Below are positions 1 through 13,300 of a stretch of DNA of 64,000 bases, one piece after another; the stretch's first letter is position 1, and each line of letters opens with the position of its first letter. Made by a program: the position numbers and the translations under genes. The stretch is from Selaginella moellendorffii (taxonomy: Eukaryota > Plantae > Lycopodiophyta), in contig NW_003314314.1 of the NCBI RefSeq assembly GCF_000143415.4, positions 70,318-134,317 on the forward strand. The letters run 5' to 3'. Under the pieces are notes generated by a model. That model was not told where the DNA came from, ran no database searches, and was given only the letters and a program-made list of their open reading frames with translations.

Positions 1-1105
1 ATGGTAAATCACCATAGGATAAAGGGTCAAAATCACATGCGCTACATTTGGTATCAGATGATGAATCTCAGCGAGTACTATTTAATGAGATTGGGCAACT
101 AGTCTCGTTGCATACGCAGAGATGAAAACAATGATCTGAGTGGGTACACGTTTGGTGCAAAGGGTTCATATTCGTTCCTTGGGTATGGTTTTGGTTATCT
201 TTTGTACCTAATAATGTGAGCTTGCTCTTGGGCTCATAGGATGGATTTGAGATGCTCCGTTAGCACAAGTTTACACTTGGGCTCGTGTGTGAGGCATATT
301 AGCAACTCAAGGTTACGTTTTGAGTTGGTAGGATTAATGTTAGCCTATCGGTCGTTCCATGGGTTGTTCCAATGGTTCTATGAGTTGTTCCATGTACCGT
401 GGGTAAAAGCAAACCTTCCCTGGGTTTGCTATGAGTGGCAAATATGCTAATCCGTAGCTGTTTAGCATGACACTAGTGGATCTTTCTTAGGCATGGTTAT
501 AAGTGGATCAATCAAGACTGTAGGGATTAATCTATTGGTTCAAGTAATCATTGCCGTGCTCTCTTATAAACTTCTCTTGGATTGGACTGAAGGCAGTGTA
601 AAAGCAAGCTTGAGGTGTAGTCAAAGATGAGACCGAAAGGAGAGTCATCAGGGACGAAGGATCAAACATGTAAATCATGTTCTCTTCTTGGAGAGATGAT
701 TCGCAACGAGGTGTGACCCATTGCCTGTATTCACATCATGCAATCAAGAGCCCCTACCTTGATGCATGTTGGAAATGATGGTTTTGTAAATGGTGAGTCA
801 TGGGATGGATAGTAGTGAAGCGCTAAACCATTTTGTCTAGGCTTGCTATTAAAAGACTTGGGTTGCAATGCTCAATTCTTTTCTGGGAAACTTTGCTATT
901 GCTCCTTGAGTAGCTTGGTGTTAGATTAGTTTTGAGTTTGGTCGGAAAGAGAGTGGCATGAGTTTGTCTGTGTTGTGAACAAAAGTTAGTGGTTTTGGGT
1001 GTTGTAAATCGCTATCAGTGGAGTGTGGCATTTATGTTACATTTTGTCGAATCGAGTTGACACTTAATACTCACATAAACTTTTGTAGTAATGACATTGG
1101 CATTG

Positions 1106-1701
1106 TGTAAGCAACTAAAGGGAACGACTCGAGAGACGATCCATAGGGGTTCAAATATAGAGGGAAAGGGCCCATGAATAAGAGTGCACCCCCCTTTTCC
1201 AATCGGTTAAGGGTCTTGGGATATTTGGGGTTAAGCGTCCTTGGGTGTGAATAGTACTGGGCTGGGTGACCTCCCGGGAAGTCCAAACTCAAGAGCTTAC
1301 ATTTGGTATCAGAGGGGTCTCGGGTCCGACTCTGTTGGTTGGCTAGGGGAATCACACCACATGTTGATTGACATCTGGCTGGTCCAGTTTGCTCCCGCTG
1401 GGCTCGACCCGAGGGGTAGGGTGTCAAGAGAGCGAGGCTCTCGGGAGAGCTGCGGCTCTCAGCTTCCGTTCACGAGGGCGTGAACTTGCAGGGAAGCGTG
1501 GTGGATTGTAAGCAACTAAAGGGAACGACTCGAGAGACGATCCATAGGGGTTCAAATATAGAGGGAAAGGGCCCATGAATAAGAGTGCACCCCCTTTTCC
1601 AATCGGTTAAGGGTCTTGGGATATTTGGGGTTAAGCGTCCTTGGGTGTGAATAGTACTGGGCTGGGTGACCTCCCGGGAAGTCCAAACTCAAGAGCTTAC
1701 A
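1106..1701 (+). mobile_element. Cassandra TRIM (non-autonomous LTR element with 5S rRNA-derived LTRs)
   Basis: LTRs 1106-1301 and 1507-1701 (TGTAAG...CTTACA) differ only by one C in a C-run; PBS TGGTATCAGAG 1304-1314; TSD CATTG (1101-1105/1702-1706); empty site at 25309-25313. Confidence 0.93.
1229..1284 (+). promoter_or_regulatory. 5S rRNA-derived Pol III internal promoter (box A/IE/box C) in Cassandra 5' LTR; second copy at 1629-1684
   Basis: GTTAAGCGTCCTTGGG...AGTACTGGGCTGGGTGACCTCCCGGGAAGTCC matches the plant 5S core GTTAAGCGTGCTTGGG...AGTACTAGGATGGGTGACCTCCTGGGAAGTCC. Confidence 0.88.
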
Positions 1702-4700
1702 CATTGCTCATTATGTTACTCAATTTATGATCAAATCATTGTGATACTTATATCATATCCATGTGATAATGAGCGATGTGTTTACGAAGTTGCTTGGTTA
1801 AACGATGATCAACCCCAAAGTGGTTGATAGTGAAGCTAGTCTACTTGCACGAAGTAGCATTGTAGTAGCTTTGACTGGATTCTCAATGGTGGTCCATTAT
1901 GCTAAGCTTAAATTGGTTCCTTGGTTCCTTGAGGATTTGCCCATAAGGTGTTGGAAAAAGGGTTGTAGCATTCATTTGCTATAGCTCATTAGTTGATCTG
2001 TTAACACTTGAAGTAAATTGTTGGATAGAGAAGGTGTGAGGTTGAGGCATTGACATTACTAACATTTGTGTTAGTGGAAGTGGCATTGTTATTTTAAGTG
2101 ATGAGGAAGTTTCCTTAGAGCTTGATTTTCCATGTCATTTTTCTTGTTAGTGTTTTAGTTTCACATTGAATCTTGAAAGTGGTTGAAGAAGAGTGTTAGT
2201 GCAATGTGGATATCCGAAGATGTGGTCTTCGTGATCAAGCCTTGGATGTTCCATTTGCATTTTACGGATGTTGGTGTTGGATGTCAAAAGAATGGGCAAA
2301 AAGATGTTCGAGGATTAAGCATACTATGGGTCATGAGAATTTGTGTTGGGGTGAACCTATGTGAAGTTGTTAATAGGAGGAAGTTGGTTAAGTCTTGAAA
2401 GTTTGTATTCCTAGACTGAGAGTCATTCTTTCTCTAGGATGGAAATTTTCTATAAATTTTCTTAGACTTATCCAATAGCTGATCTGTTGATCACTTTGCT
2501 CAAAAACCATTCCGTTTTCGTAAGTCAGTACAAACTAGTGAAAGGGTTGGAGTTGACTTCGGTTGGCTTAGACCTTAGTAAGTAATTTGTATGATGCAGC
2601 CCGAAAGGGATGCTGACTTTTGGGGCTAAGGCAATTGAGTTGGATAGAGTCTAGAGTTGGTGTAGAAAAGTGGCCATTGCACTTTTCCAAAAAGGTGCAA
2701 AACCTTTCTTTTGTAGCGTTATGCTTGGTGGCAGGTTGCACTTTGCATTTCGTTAGACTCTATGAGAGTAGTAAGCTCTCACTGATCTTGACTTAGTCTT
2801 GGTGGCCCTATGTCTTGGCTAAAGATGGTGATGTTCAACTTAGTTGTTGTAGTTGAGATGTTGGCACCTATACTATAGCTTTGTTTAAGTGGAGGTTGTG
2901 TACCGATATGAGTCTATCTCGTAGTCTTCACTTTAGTTTCGACTAAATGTTGATTACGCATAGCTAGCCTCTTCAAGGCATGCTCAGAGCCGTTGGCTAA
3001 ATGTATTAGTGAGCTTATTGTAGTTGAGTTGAATTCGAGTGGTCAGAGGTCCTCGACGAAGTCTATAAGCAACCATTAGTTGCAAGGCAACCAACAATCA
3101 CTCTTCAACTTGCCTTCACAAGACCCAAACACTAACTCTTGTCATCAAATCATATACTTATTCAACATGAACGTAATACCCTAGATACGAGATAAAGGTT
3201 CATTGATAAGCACAAACTAAAACTTGCTTCACTCGATGATGATTTAGCGGTGATGGGTTTGCTTTACCGAATGGTACTGTTAGACTTACATGGGTTTTCT
3301 ATGTTAGCATGTCGACTCTACCTTTGTTGATATCATTTGGTTGCGTTTAGTTCATAGTGTTAGATTTCATTGAGTCTTGGACATGGTGATTCACTCCTTG
3401 AGGAAGTGTTATCTATACCTGAGTAATATTGAAGGATTGGTCTCGGATACTAACTAAAGTATCTTCGACCTTGGTTAGCTTGGTTGTCAGAGAGCTTTGA
3501 GTGGTGATACATTCGTGCTTTCTTCTAGCTTTGTTCTAGTGTTGATGGCATTGAAGTGATGCTTTGTCGTTGACATTGTTGATGTTGAGATTTTAGTGAA
3601 ATGAGATGTCTTTCCGCAAGATTGATGTCGAGTTTCATTAGTTTTGATGAAGATAATGTTGATGATTTGGTTATAGCTTTGTGTTATTAGCATTTGTACA
3701 ATTGCTAATTAGCAACTGTATTGACGTTCAAATGAATTGAGTGGCAAATTTGAGTTAGTTGTGTTCTAGACAAGATTGTTTAGTAGAGGTTGAGTTTTGA
3801 GCTTTTCCTTGAAAAAAGTGATTTAGTCATGGACTATACTAGTTTTATAAGAGGAAAGTAGTTGGGATATATCGATCATTGATGATTCTTCTTGTGTTTG
3901 TTATAAAGTGAGTTACATCTTGCTATTGAGGATTCATGGAGGATCGATTAGATGATCACTTGTTGAGCATAGCTCCGTTATGCTTAGCTTTTGAATTGAT
4001 GCAAACATACTCTTCATTAGCTTTGCATTATGTAGTATAGCTTATGGATGTGTTGAGGAGGATATTGTGGGTTATACCATGATTTCTTCTTTAGCATTGA
4101 AGTTAGTTTATGCAAAGCTTGTGATCATTGTTAAGCAAGAGTTAGCTATAGATTTTTTCAAGCTTTTGGTTCTTTAAGTTTTATGTTCGTTGTTCCATTT
4201 GTTAGAAGTTGTTGGGGAAGGCATTTTGGCTTCTAGCTTCCAGATTGAAGTTAGTATTTGCATCTAGCAATCATTGGTGATAATTGATTATCATCTAGGA
4301 TAGTTAATTATCCTTGTCAAAGAGTTTTGCTTGATTATTGTTGATATAGACTGAGTTGTTATTCTTCGGGATGGTAGATTCTTTCTTCAACTATAATTAT
4401 GCATCTCTTTCTTAATAGGATGATTGATGATCTTTCATGATGGTTAGTTGTTCTCTTTGATAGTTTTTGGCTTTTTGCAATACCACATGTTCTTTATGGT
4501 TTGCTCTGGATTAGTTTCTCAGGTTTGAAACATCAGTAGAATATTGCTGACACTTGTTTAGGCAACTTGAGTTCCTTAGTATTATTGGCTGGGATCTATT
4601 CAGATTGGCTTTTGTGATAGTTGGCAGGAATGAGTGTTTGTTGGTTTTGCCACATTCATTCTATTCTGTTGATTATTGCTCAAGTTAGTTCTGATAGGTT

Positions 4701-5587
4701 GGGATGTTATTTCCTTTGGGTGATACATTCGTGAGCATTGTGCTTGTCAATCAATGATACTTTGTATTCTTTGAGTTCTCTTTCGCAAATTGTTTGGCAT
4801 TCTATCTACCATCTTCGATAGTTAAGTTTCATCATTGAGTTTCCTTGATGATATACTAGCTATTGAATTTTTATGGATCGTGCATTCTGTTTACCAATTA
4901 CAATGATCTTGGTGGTTCCTATACTATACTACTGGTTTATTGGATGATAACTTGCTTGGAATACTTTTGTGTTCTAATGTAAGATTTAGTCACTGATAAT
5001 TAAGTCTCTAAGATATCATTGTCTCTGACTTTGATATTGTCCATCTAGTGATCTTTGAGTTTGGGCCAGTATAGGCAGACTGGCTTCGGCACTTTGTGTG
5101 CATGTTGAAATCTCTAGTCATGGGGTAGCTACTGTCGACTGGTCACATAACCTGCCTCTCTGTCGATGTTCCTTATTCTGTTCAAAAGGGCGTGACCGTG
5201 TAAACAACTCTAACTGCTTGTTTACAGTAGTCTATCTAAACCTTACCGACGGGTTTGGTTTCTTTGCTCATGAGGGTTGGGGCCTTTGGCTTCTCTCTCT
5301 ATGTCCTTACAGGCAGGGGTGTATCACACTTTTGTAAGCTGGGTGACTCCCAGAGCAGCAAGGGTGGCTGACTCTGTTGGTCATTTCCTTGTCGGCGATG
5401 GCCAGAAGGTGTCTGAGCTGGTAGCGCATCCGTGTTAAACAAAGAGGTTGCCTCCTAACTCATTTAAGTTGGTGCATTTCTCACATAGTGTGAATACCGT
5501 GAACTTTTTCTGGAGTTGCTTCCTTGGCGGTATTCTAGACTCGAGTGTGCATCGACGAGGACGTCGATCTTCCCTAGGGGGGGAGAG

Positions 5588-6728
5588 TGTTGCGAAACTG
5601 ACTTCGGGTATCAAAAGTTACCTGTCGACTAGTCCTTATGGACAGTCTTACTTTACTGCCACGATGGTAGGAGGTTGGTATTGCTGGGCCCGTTATCAGT
5701 CTCCGCCTAAGCTAGTTGAGAAACTGGTCTTCGCGTGTGCACTTCACCAGATGGGCATAAGGACGGAATTCCTATGTGTTATTTGTCAAGCATACTTGAC
5801 CTGGTTAGAGAAACTCATTCGTTGATTTGCACTTAATAGTTTTGGGAACCCCTGCGATATTGAGATTGGTCCCTTAATATTGCTAGATGATAGCTTACCG
5901 TGTCTGCCAAACACCCTCGCTATCATGCCCTTTGTGTTAGTCTCATTTCGGTCCCAAATGCTATTTATGGAAAGTGTTCAGATTTGCTCATTTGGCATAT
6001 CTACGGAATGTAGAGATCGGTCTGAACACAATGGTGTTCGTCCCATGTCCAAATTCACAATCTAGGGACATTCCATATTTAGTAAGTTTCGAGCTTGTCC
6101 CAGAGACTAACTCCTGATACTAAAGGAGGCTTGGGGTGAAAGCCCAAAGCGTATGTTCCTCAAGGGGGGGGGGGGGGGGAGGGGCTTTGGGGGGTTCCAA
6201 ATGTATAGTAGGGATAGTGGGTAAGTCGGGCATGGCCGACTAACCTGAGGCATAATCTAGCTCCCGCTTGCGTGCCTGTCCTTGTTCTGCGTCCGGCTTG
6301 GGTCTAAGCCCAAGTTCCATTCCATGCTAGCTGGTGGAGTACCCATGTTCTCGCGTTAGGCCACCGGTATGCCGAAATAGCGCCAGACTCCATTTGGCTC
6401 CGTTTTGTGTGCTGGTCCTGGCATTGGAATGTTGGTTACTCTAGGACTGTTCCAAGTCGCTCCGAGCTCCTGTCCCTTCATTCCTTGGGCTTTATGCTCA
6501 GGAGTTGCTCCGTGGTTCGATTCCATCACTCCTTGGCTCCACGCTTGGGAGTTTGGAACCGTTCCTTCATTCAGTGGCCCAAGGCGCTGAACCTCAGGTT
6601 CCTATAGACACATGGCATATGACATGTGGCATCTATCACGTGGCACAAAGAGGGTTTAGGTTCCGCTTTGTGGTGTTATCCTATGGTAAATCACCATAGG
6701 ATAAAGGGTCAAAACCACATGCGCTACA
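5588..6728 (+). repeat. 3' LTR of family A copy 1 (~1.14 kb, most complete copy)
   Basis: TG...CA termini; homologous to 23357-24254, 50729-51286 and (inverted) 18839-21565; poly-G run ~6163-6184; hairpin TTATCCTATGGT-aaatc-ACCATAGGATAA near the 3' end. Confidence 0.88.
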
Positions 6729-6985
6729 GTTGTGCTTGCCAACACTACCACTAGGTAAGCCCAAAGGCCTGAAGGCCTGACCACTAAGTCCTATCCACCT
6801 CTAAAACTTCCTTGCCACGTGATTATATGCTTAGTCACTACACAAGAGGACTACTCCTTTTCCTTTCCACAGTCTAGGACTTTAGGATAATATTTCAAAA
6901 CACTATAGCCCAATGCGAACCTTGTGGGTACTCTCCCCACCTTCTGCCTTTAGATGCCCTAGCCATGTGGCTAGAGCGAGGTTTC

Positions 6986-8400
6986 ATGGGGATGCCTGTG
7001 GACTTGGCAAAGCCTCTAGCTAAGGAGTAAAACCAGGTACATATTGCAAAAGCTCACCAAGTGTGATCTAGACTGAAGTGTCAACAATCTAAGCAAGAAC
7101 TTCTTATGGGACTTGAGAAAGAGTGGAGGGCAGCTGGGAGACCCCACATTGAAAGTTGGATGAATATCCAATTGTTGAATTTGAAGTTGTGGCCAAGGAT
7201 ATGGGTGGCATTGCAAATACCGAAGCATGGGGTAACTTGCATGCCATGAGAGATGGGGAAGTTCTAGAAACTAGAGTTGGATCTTTCTCACCATCAATAT
7301 TTGGGGCTAAAGGAGAAACCTTTTTGCGCCCTTGAGTCATAGCAGCCATCTTATAACCGTCCTCTACAACATAAACTATGTTGACATGCATCAGTGTTTC
7401 CACAGCTCGACGAAAGGGTGTCTTCGATCTCTTTCTACTCAAATTGTTGCTGGTATCTATCTCTAGCCATGGAAGAAATATGTTGTCTGGTAGAAGTTAC
7501 TGTTAAACATGCTGGACAAAAGGTGGTTGAAGTTCTAAGTGAAGCTTCCAACATTTCTTTATGCTGTGTATCATAACATCGCAATGAGTAGTACCAAGAA
7601 CGAAGAGGGCATCTTAGTCTCCCTGCCTACTGTAAGCAGCATGCTTTAAGCTCCTCAAGTAGCTTCTCTTGCATTTATCATTGCTGCTAGATAATCTCCT
7701 TGTATCTTGCATGCTTCGACAATGCCTTCTCGATCATTGAGGGAACTCTATCATCACTGTACGGGCTGGAGAAGAATGGATCATGGTAGCACATGAGCTC
7801 TCATCTGAAGGTGGGAGGAAAACCTCCTCTACCCTAGGAATCTTGAGATCTTGGAGAAGATCCCACTCCAAAGTCTTTACTACAGCAAATGCCTCATAAC
7901 ACATCCAAAACTCTCGCTTAAGCATCTTGCATTTGAGATTTCCCTTGAGGACAAAGATGAATGTAGTGATGCCATGAGGTTCATTTGTGATGAGGACACA
8001 CTCCTTCTAGTAAAACCTAAACCACATCACATATTCCGGCACAGATTCACGTGCTCCTTGCCAAAAAATGAACAAATCCATGAGTAAGCGATTTGTTGGT
8101 CACTGCTGATCAAAGTGACCTTAGAAAGATGCTTTGAATGTGGAGTTGTCAGCCATATCTACCTCCAAGAGTGTCTCTACCCACGTTTCTGCTCGGCTAG
8201 TGAGCGATCGCAAGAAGTCACAAAGCTTGTGATCATCCTCGATGATGCCATTCGACATGCAATATTGCTCGAAATGAGTGACATGTGTATTGGCAAAGAT
8301 GTCGCCATTGCTAGATAAGTATGTCAAGTCGGTGCCTCGCTATAGAATGTGGATTTATGTAGGAAGAGCCATGGATGGTGGACTCCCTGACTCGATATCT
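6986..8400 (-). pseudogene. Decayed Ty3/gypsy gag fragment (copy A; paralog ~55184-56600)
   Basis: ORF 8121-8327 HVTHFEQYC...KLCDFLRSLTSRAETW resembles the retrotransposon gag core; broken by stops and frameshifts. Confidence 0.55.
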
Positions 8401-9965
8401 GTAATGAATGATGAATCCTCCTCATCAAAAAGAGTAGTTTGATAATCGAGCTCTCGTAGAAAGTGTGAAAAATATCCCTATACCCTAGGCACTATATGGA
8501 AGTTTGTTAGTTGCCATCTCTAACTGGAACGAGTGTGAACTAGCATAAAATGTCCACTGTGTAGTAGATGCCAAGTTGTGGAAAATACAACACACAAAGA
8601 ACTTTGACTTGTGTGAGAGCAAAGTATCTAAATGGGATAATTCCAAATAAAAGAGTATCCTCATGTAGATTTTCCCAAATAAAATCACTCTCACTCTTGC
8701 AAATGCCAATTTCTCACGATAAAAGAAAAAAATATTGCAAAGAAAAGGGGGAAAAAAGAAAAAATTAAACTCCAATACTCAAAATGCCTAAGAGGAAAAC
8801 ATTTGCATGGAAATATTTTGACTTTGCACACAAAAATGGGTGTGGATGGACTTGTTTAAAAGTTTATACTCAAACCAAAAGAATGAAACCAAAACCATGA
8901 GTTAAAATGCCTAAAATCTCAAAAAAAAATTGATTCAAACATTAAATTCTAAACAATAAAAAGGAAAACAAAAGAAAATGCACTCCCTAGTACAAGAAAC
9001 ACTCATTTTTAACATTGGTAAAAGGTAATAACATGGCCATAATGATTTCCATGAGAATGACACCTCAAATTCCCTCAAGATTAAGCTAGAAACTAAAAAT
9101 TTGAGCTATGAAATGTTGTGAGAGAAAAACTACTCCATGTCATAGCTTAAAGCGAATTGGCTACCAAAAAAGGATTTTCCAAAAAGCTTGTCTTTATATT
9201 TACATGTCTAGAAAAAAATTTCTTGAATCAGTCCCAAAATCGCAAGCTTAAAGTGTTGAAAAATTTGCCATGAAAAACAGAGGAGCGTAATGGACAAAAT
9301 TTCATTAAATTAGCAATTGAATCCTCCACAAAACAAGGTGCTCTTTAGCTTGTTGGAAAGAGGATGCCAAGTCGCATTGACACAAAGAAAGAAAAACCAA
9401 AATCAAAATACTAATCATGAGAAATCACTAGAAAACCAAGTGGAAAGAGGTAATGTAGAAAATTAATGTAAGAACGAGAAAAATCTTTAAACTTACACTC
9501 TAAATTCATGGAAGTTGAAACCCCTAATGGTCCTAGGGTCTCTAAGAATATGAATCTAACCCCTAGAACTCAAGATTTCTCTCAATTTCCTAAAACAAAC
9601 TCTCCATTCTTTCAAGAAAACTAAACTAGCTTATTCATGTTGAGTTCACCAAGTTTTAGGTCATCTTTCAGCCCTAACCACGGATCCATCCCTCACATAC
9701 AAATTCACAAAACCGTAATTCCAAACTTAATTGCCAGAGGAAATAGAGAGGACCTTTGATATAGCCTTTGTGGAGTTTTACTATTTGGAATATTTTGAGA
9801 ATCAAAATTTCCTCTCTCTATTTCTTAAAACAGCCATAGCTGCAACTAGAGAGTAGGAGTGAGAGTAAGAGTGGGAGCAACAATAGTAGTAAGACCGGGA
9901 GTAGGAGTAAAAGCGGAAGTAAAAATAGGAGCAAGGGTAGAAGTGGGAGTAAGAGTGGTCTCTCT

Positions 9966-10326
9966 TGTCAAGACCCCTGACAAGATCAAGACTGGAAAAT
10001 GCAAAAAGACAAAGAGAAAAGCTAGTGGAAACAAAGAAGAGGCCTTAGACTGGCATTGATTCAGATTGTGGAGAAATGGAACAAGGCTAACCTATATATA
10101 CTATAGGTTGATGAAGCTCCACCACTCTTGGATCGAGGACGGCCTAAATATAGCTGAGGTCGAGGAGGCGCCACATCATCATCAGGAATGTGGCTCGAGA
10201 CTCAGGAATCGGGAAGTGTCTCGAGAGTCAGGAATAGGGAAGTGTCTCGAGAGTCAGGAATGTGGTCTGCAGGTCAGGAATCCGGCGAGAGTTAGGAATG
10301 TGGCAAGAATTGGGGGATTCCTGACA
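9966..10326 (-). repeat. 3' LTR of Tcn1-like element
   Basis: TGTCA...TGACA termini; ~98% identical to 15186-15546. Confidence 0.95.
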
Positions 10327-10337
10327 GCACCCCCTCC

Positions 10338-13300
10338 TCAAGAACGAGTGGAACGAGGATGTGAACGAGAACGAAGAGGAGGATGAGATGAGCGGCGAGG
10401 GATGGGAGATGGAGAAAAAGAATGAGGACTGGGATGAGAAGGATAGCGGTGGTGGAAGTCCTGAACAAGGTCAGGAGAATGAATAAGGTTGTCCGCAGGT
10501 TCCCAAGTGCGTTCCTCAGGTCCGTAACCCTTCCAGTCCACCAGATAGTAGAGTTTAGACCGTGAAATCTTGGAATCAAGGATGTCCTGAACCTCGTACT
10601 CAGACCCATCCTCGAGCTGCACTGGTGGAGGCGGAGGAATGACCCGATTTGGAATAGGACTGGGAATATAAGGCTTAAGGAGAGAGGAGTGAAAAACAGG
10701 GTGAATTTGATATGAGGAAGGAAGTGCAAGGCGATAAGTCACAGGATTAATGATGGCAGTGATAGGGAAAGGACCAAGGCGTTTGAAATCGAGTTTTGGA
10801 CAGGGCCTGGTGGTGGAGATATTTCGCCTGAGGAGCCAGACTTTATCCCCGATATTGTAAGGGGGACAATCCTGACGATGGACATTGGCAAATGTTTTAT
10901 GAGATTCCTGAGCACGATGGAGGTGGAAGGAGATGGAGTTGTGGATTTCCTGGAGGTTGGAGATAAATGCCTTAGAGCGGGGATTTGAACGAGAGGATTC
11001 AGATGGAGAAGGAAGTGAGAGATTGAATCGGGGATTTCGGCCAGAGTTCGCAAAGAAGGGGGAAACTCGAAGAGAGGAGTGAACAGAGTTGTTATAGGAG
11101 AACTCAGCAAGGGGAAGGATATCGAACCATATCGAAAAATTTTTCGATATTTTTCGATATATCAAACCTGATGATAGTTGATGAAGCACCTCAAGAATTG
11201 TTCCAACGTCTGAATCGTTCGGACTGCCCATCAGTTTGAGGATGATATGCCGAAGAGAGGTTGGCCTTCACTCCAAGCAGCTGCAAAAACCATTGCCAGA
11301 AATGAGAGATGAACTGAGGCCCCCGATCCGAAACCACATCTGTAGGAATCCCATGAAGTCGGAAAATTTCCCTGAATACCAGTTTTGCCATGTCCTCGCC
11401 CGAAAACTCCTTGGTACATGGCAAGAAGTGCGCCATCTTTGTGAAGTGATCCACCACGACTAAAATGCTGTTGAAGCCTCCAGAACTCGGAAGATCACTC
11501 AAGAAATCCATGGAGATGGATTCCCAAGGACCTGAAGGGACCGGAAGGGAACAAAGCAAACCTGAAGGAAGGTGGCGAGGTACCTTATTCCAGGCACAAG
11601 TGTCACAGGAGGTAACAAAAGCTTTGATGTAGTCGTCCATGTGAGGCCACCAAAAGTCCCGTGCAACTAGCTCATAGGTTTTCGCAATGCCGAAGTGACC
11701 AGCAATCGGGCTATCGTGGCACACCATCAGGACCAACCTTCGAGCATCACCTTCAGGAACGTAAAGCTGCTCCCCACGGTACAATAAGCCATCTAAGAAC
11801 TCGAACTTGTCAAATCGCTGGCAGTCGGGAGTCACTGGGTGTCCAGCCTGAAGATGGGGGAAGATGTCGCTAGCGAGATCATCAGATTGAAGATCGTTTC
11901 TGATTGCATCCATCAAGGAGGAGTCCTGAGGGGCCAGGGAAATTGCCATAACTTGAAGCCGATCAGGACCGAGGATAACTTGATCCTGTTGATCGAAGGC
12001 AGGATTACCAGGCTTGAGACTGAGATAGGAGCGCCTTGAAAGAGCATCAAGAAGGCCTTGAAACTTTCCAGGTCTGTACTTGATAACAAAGTCAAACCGA
12101 CTCAGGAATTGTGCCCACCTTGCTTGACGATGGCTTAAAACTCGGGAAGTGGCAAAGTACTCAAGATTTTTGTGATCCGTCCAGACTGTTGTTTGATGGC
12201 TCGCCCCCTCCAAGAAACGGCGCCACTCTCCAAAGGAATCCACGATGGCAAGGAGCTCCTTGTCATGGATTTCGTAATTGATCTCCGCAGGCTGGAATTT
12301 CCGAGAATGGAAAGCGACCAGATGAAGTTTGTGATCCGCTCCGAGTTGAGACAGCACAACACCAATGGCAAAGTCGGAGGCGTCAGCCTCGATGAAGAAA
12401 GGTTGTGAGGAATCAGCATGGATCAAGACAGGAGCAGAACTGAAAGCCGCTTTGAGTGTGTCGAAGGCCTGCTGGGCAGCAGCAAACCAAGAGAAGGGAA
12501 CATCCTTGCGAGTGAGATGTGTGAGAGGAAGGACAATGTCAGAGTAGTGATCAATGAATTTGTGGTAGAAGTTGGCGAAGCCAAGGAAAACCTGAACGTC
12601 CGACATTGATTGTGGAGGCTCCCATTCGAGAATAGTCTTGACTTTGGCAGGATCCATCGTGATACCCTCAGGAGTGACAAAGTACCCAAGGAACTCCACA
12701 GACTGCTGATCAAAGGAACATTTCTCAAGCTTCGCATATAGGCCGTATTCTCGCAGCTTCGCTAGCACCTTGCGTACATGTTCGTCATGCTCCTCTTGAG
12801 TTTTTGAGTAGATGAGGATGTCATCAAGGTAGACGATCACCATCTGATCAAGAAACTCCCGCCATGTGTTGGAAAACTGCTGGAGCATTTGTCAAGCCAA
12901 ATGGCATGACAGTGTACTCGAAGTGGCCATAGTCCAGGTAGAAACTTACTTTTTATTTCAGCAAAGAGTGGGTTCGGAACGCAGTCTTCCATTCATCACC
13001 AGGCCGGATCCGGATCAGGTTGTATGCTCCACGGAGGTCGATCTTGGTGAAGAAGCGAGCACCGCCGAGGCGTTCCAACAGGTCCGAGATCAGGGGCAGC
13101 AGATAACGGTTCCGAACAGTCACCTTGTTCAAACCTCGGTAGTCGATGACTAGCCGCAAGCTCCCATCCTTCTTCTTGACAAAGAAGACAGGTGCTCCAG
13201 CCGGGGACTGCGAATGCTGAATGTAGCCCAAGGCAAGGTTCTCATCCACGTACTCTTTGAGGGCCTTAAGCTCGGACGGGGATAACCCGTAGATAGGCCC

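Larger units (their letters stand above)
1..6728 (+). mobile_element. LTR retroelement family A, copy 1 (non-coding internal region, LARD-like); 5' LTR cut by window start
   Basis: LTR end ...GCTACA at 46; tRNA-iMet PBS TGGTATCAGA 49-58; PPT AGGGGGGGAGAG 5576-5587; 3' LTR 5588-6728 followed by GTTGT; no long ORF in the internal region. Confidence 0.85.

Noticed and set aside
1229-1284. 5S rRNA gene
   Set aside because: Only the internal-promoter part of 5S is present, and it lies within Cassandra LTRs.
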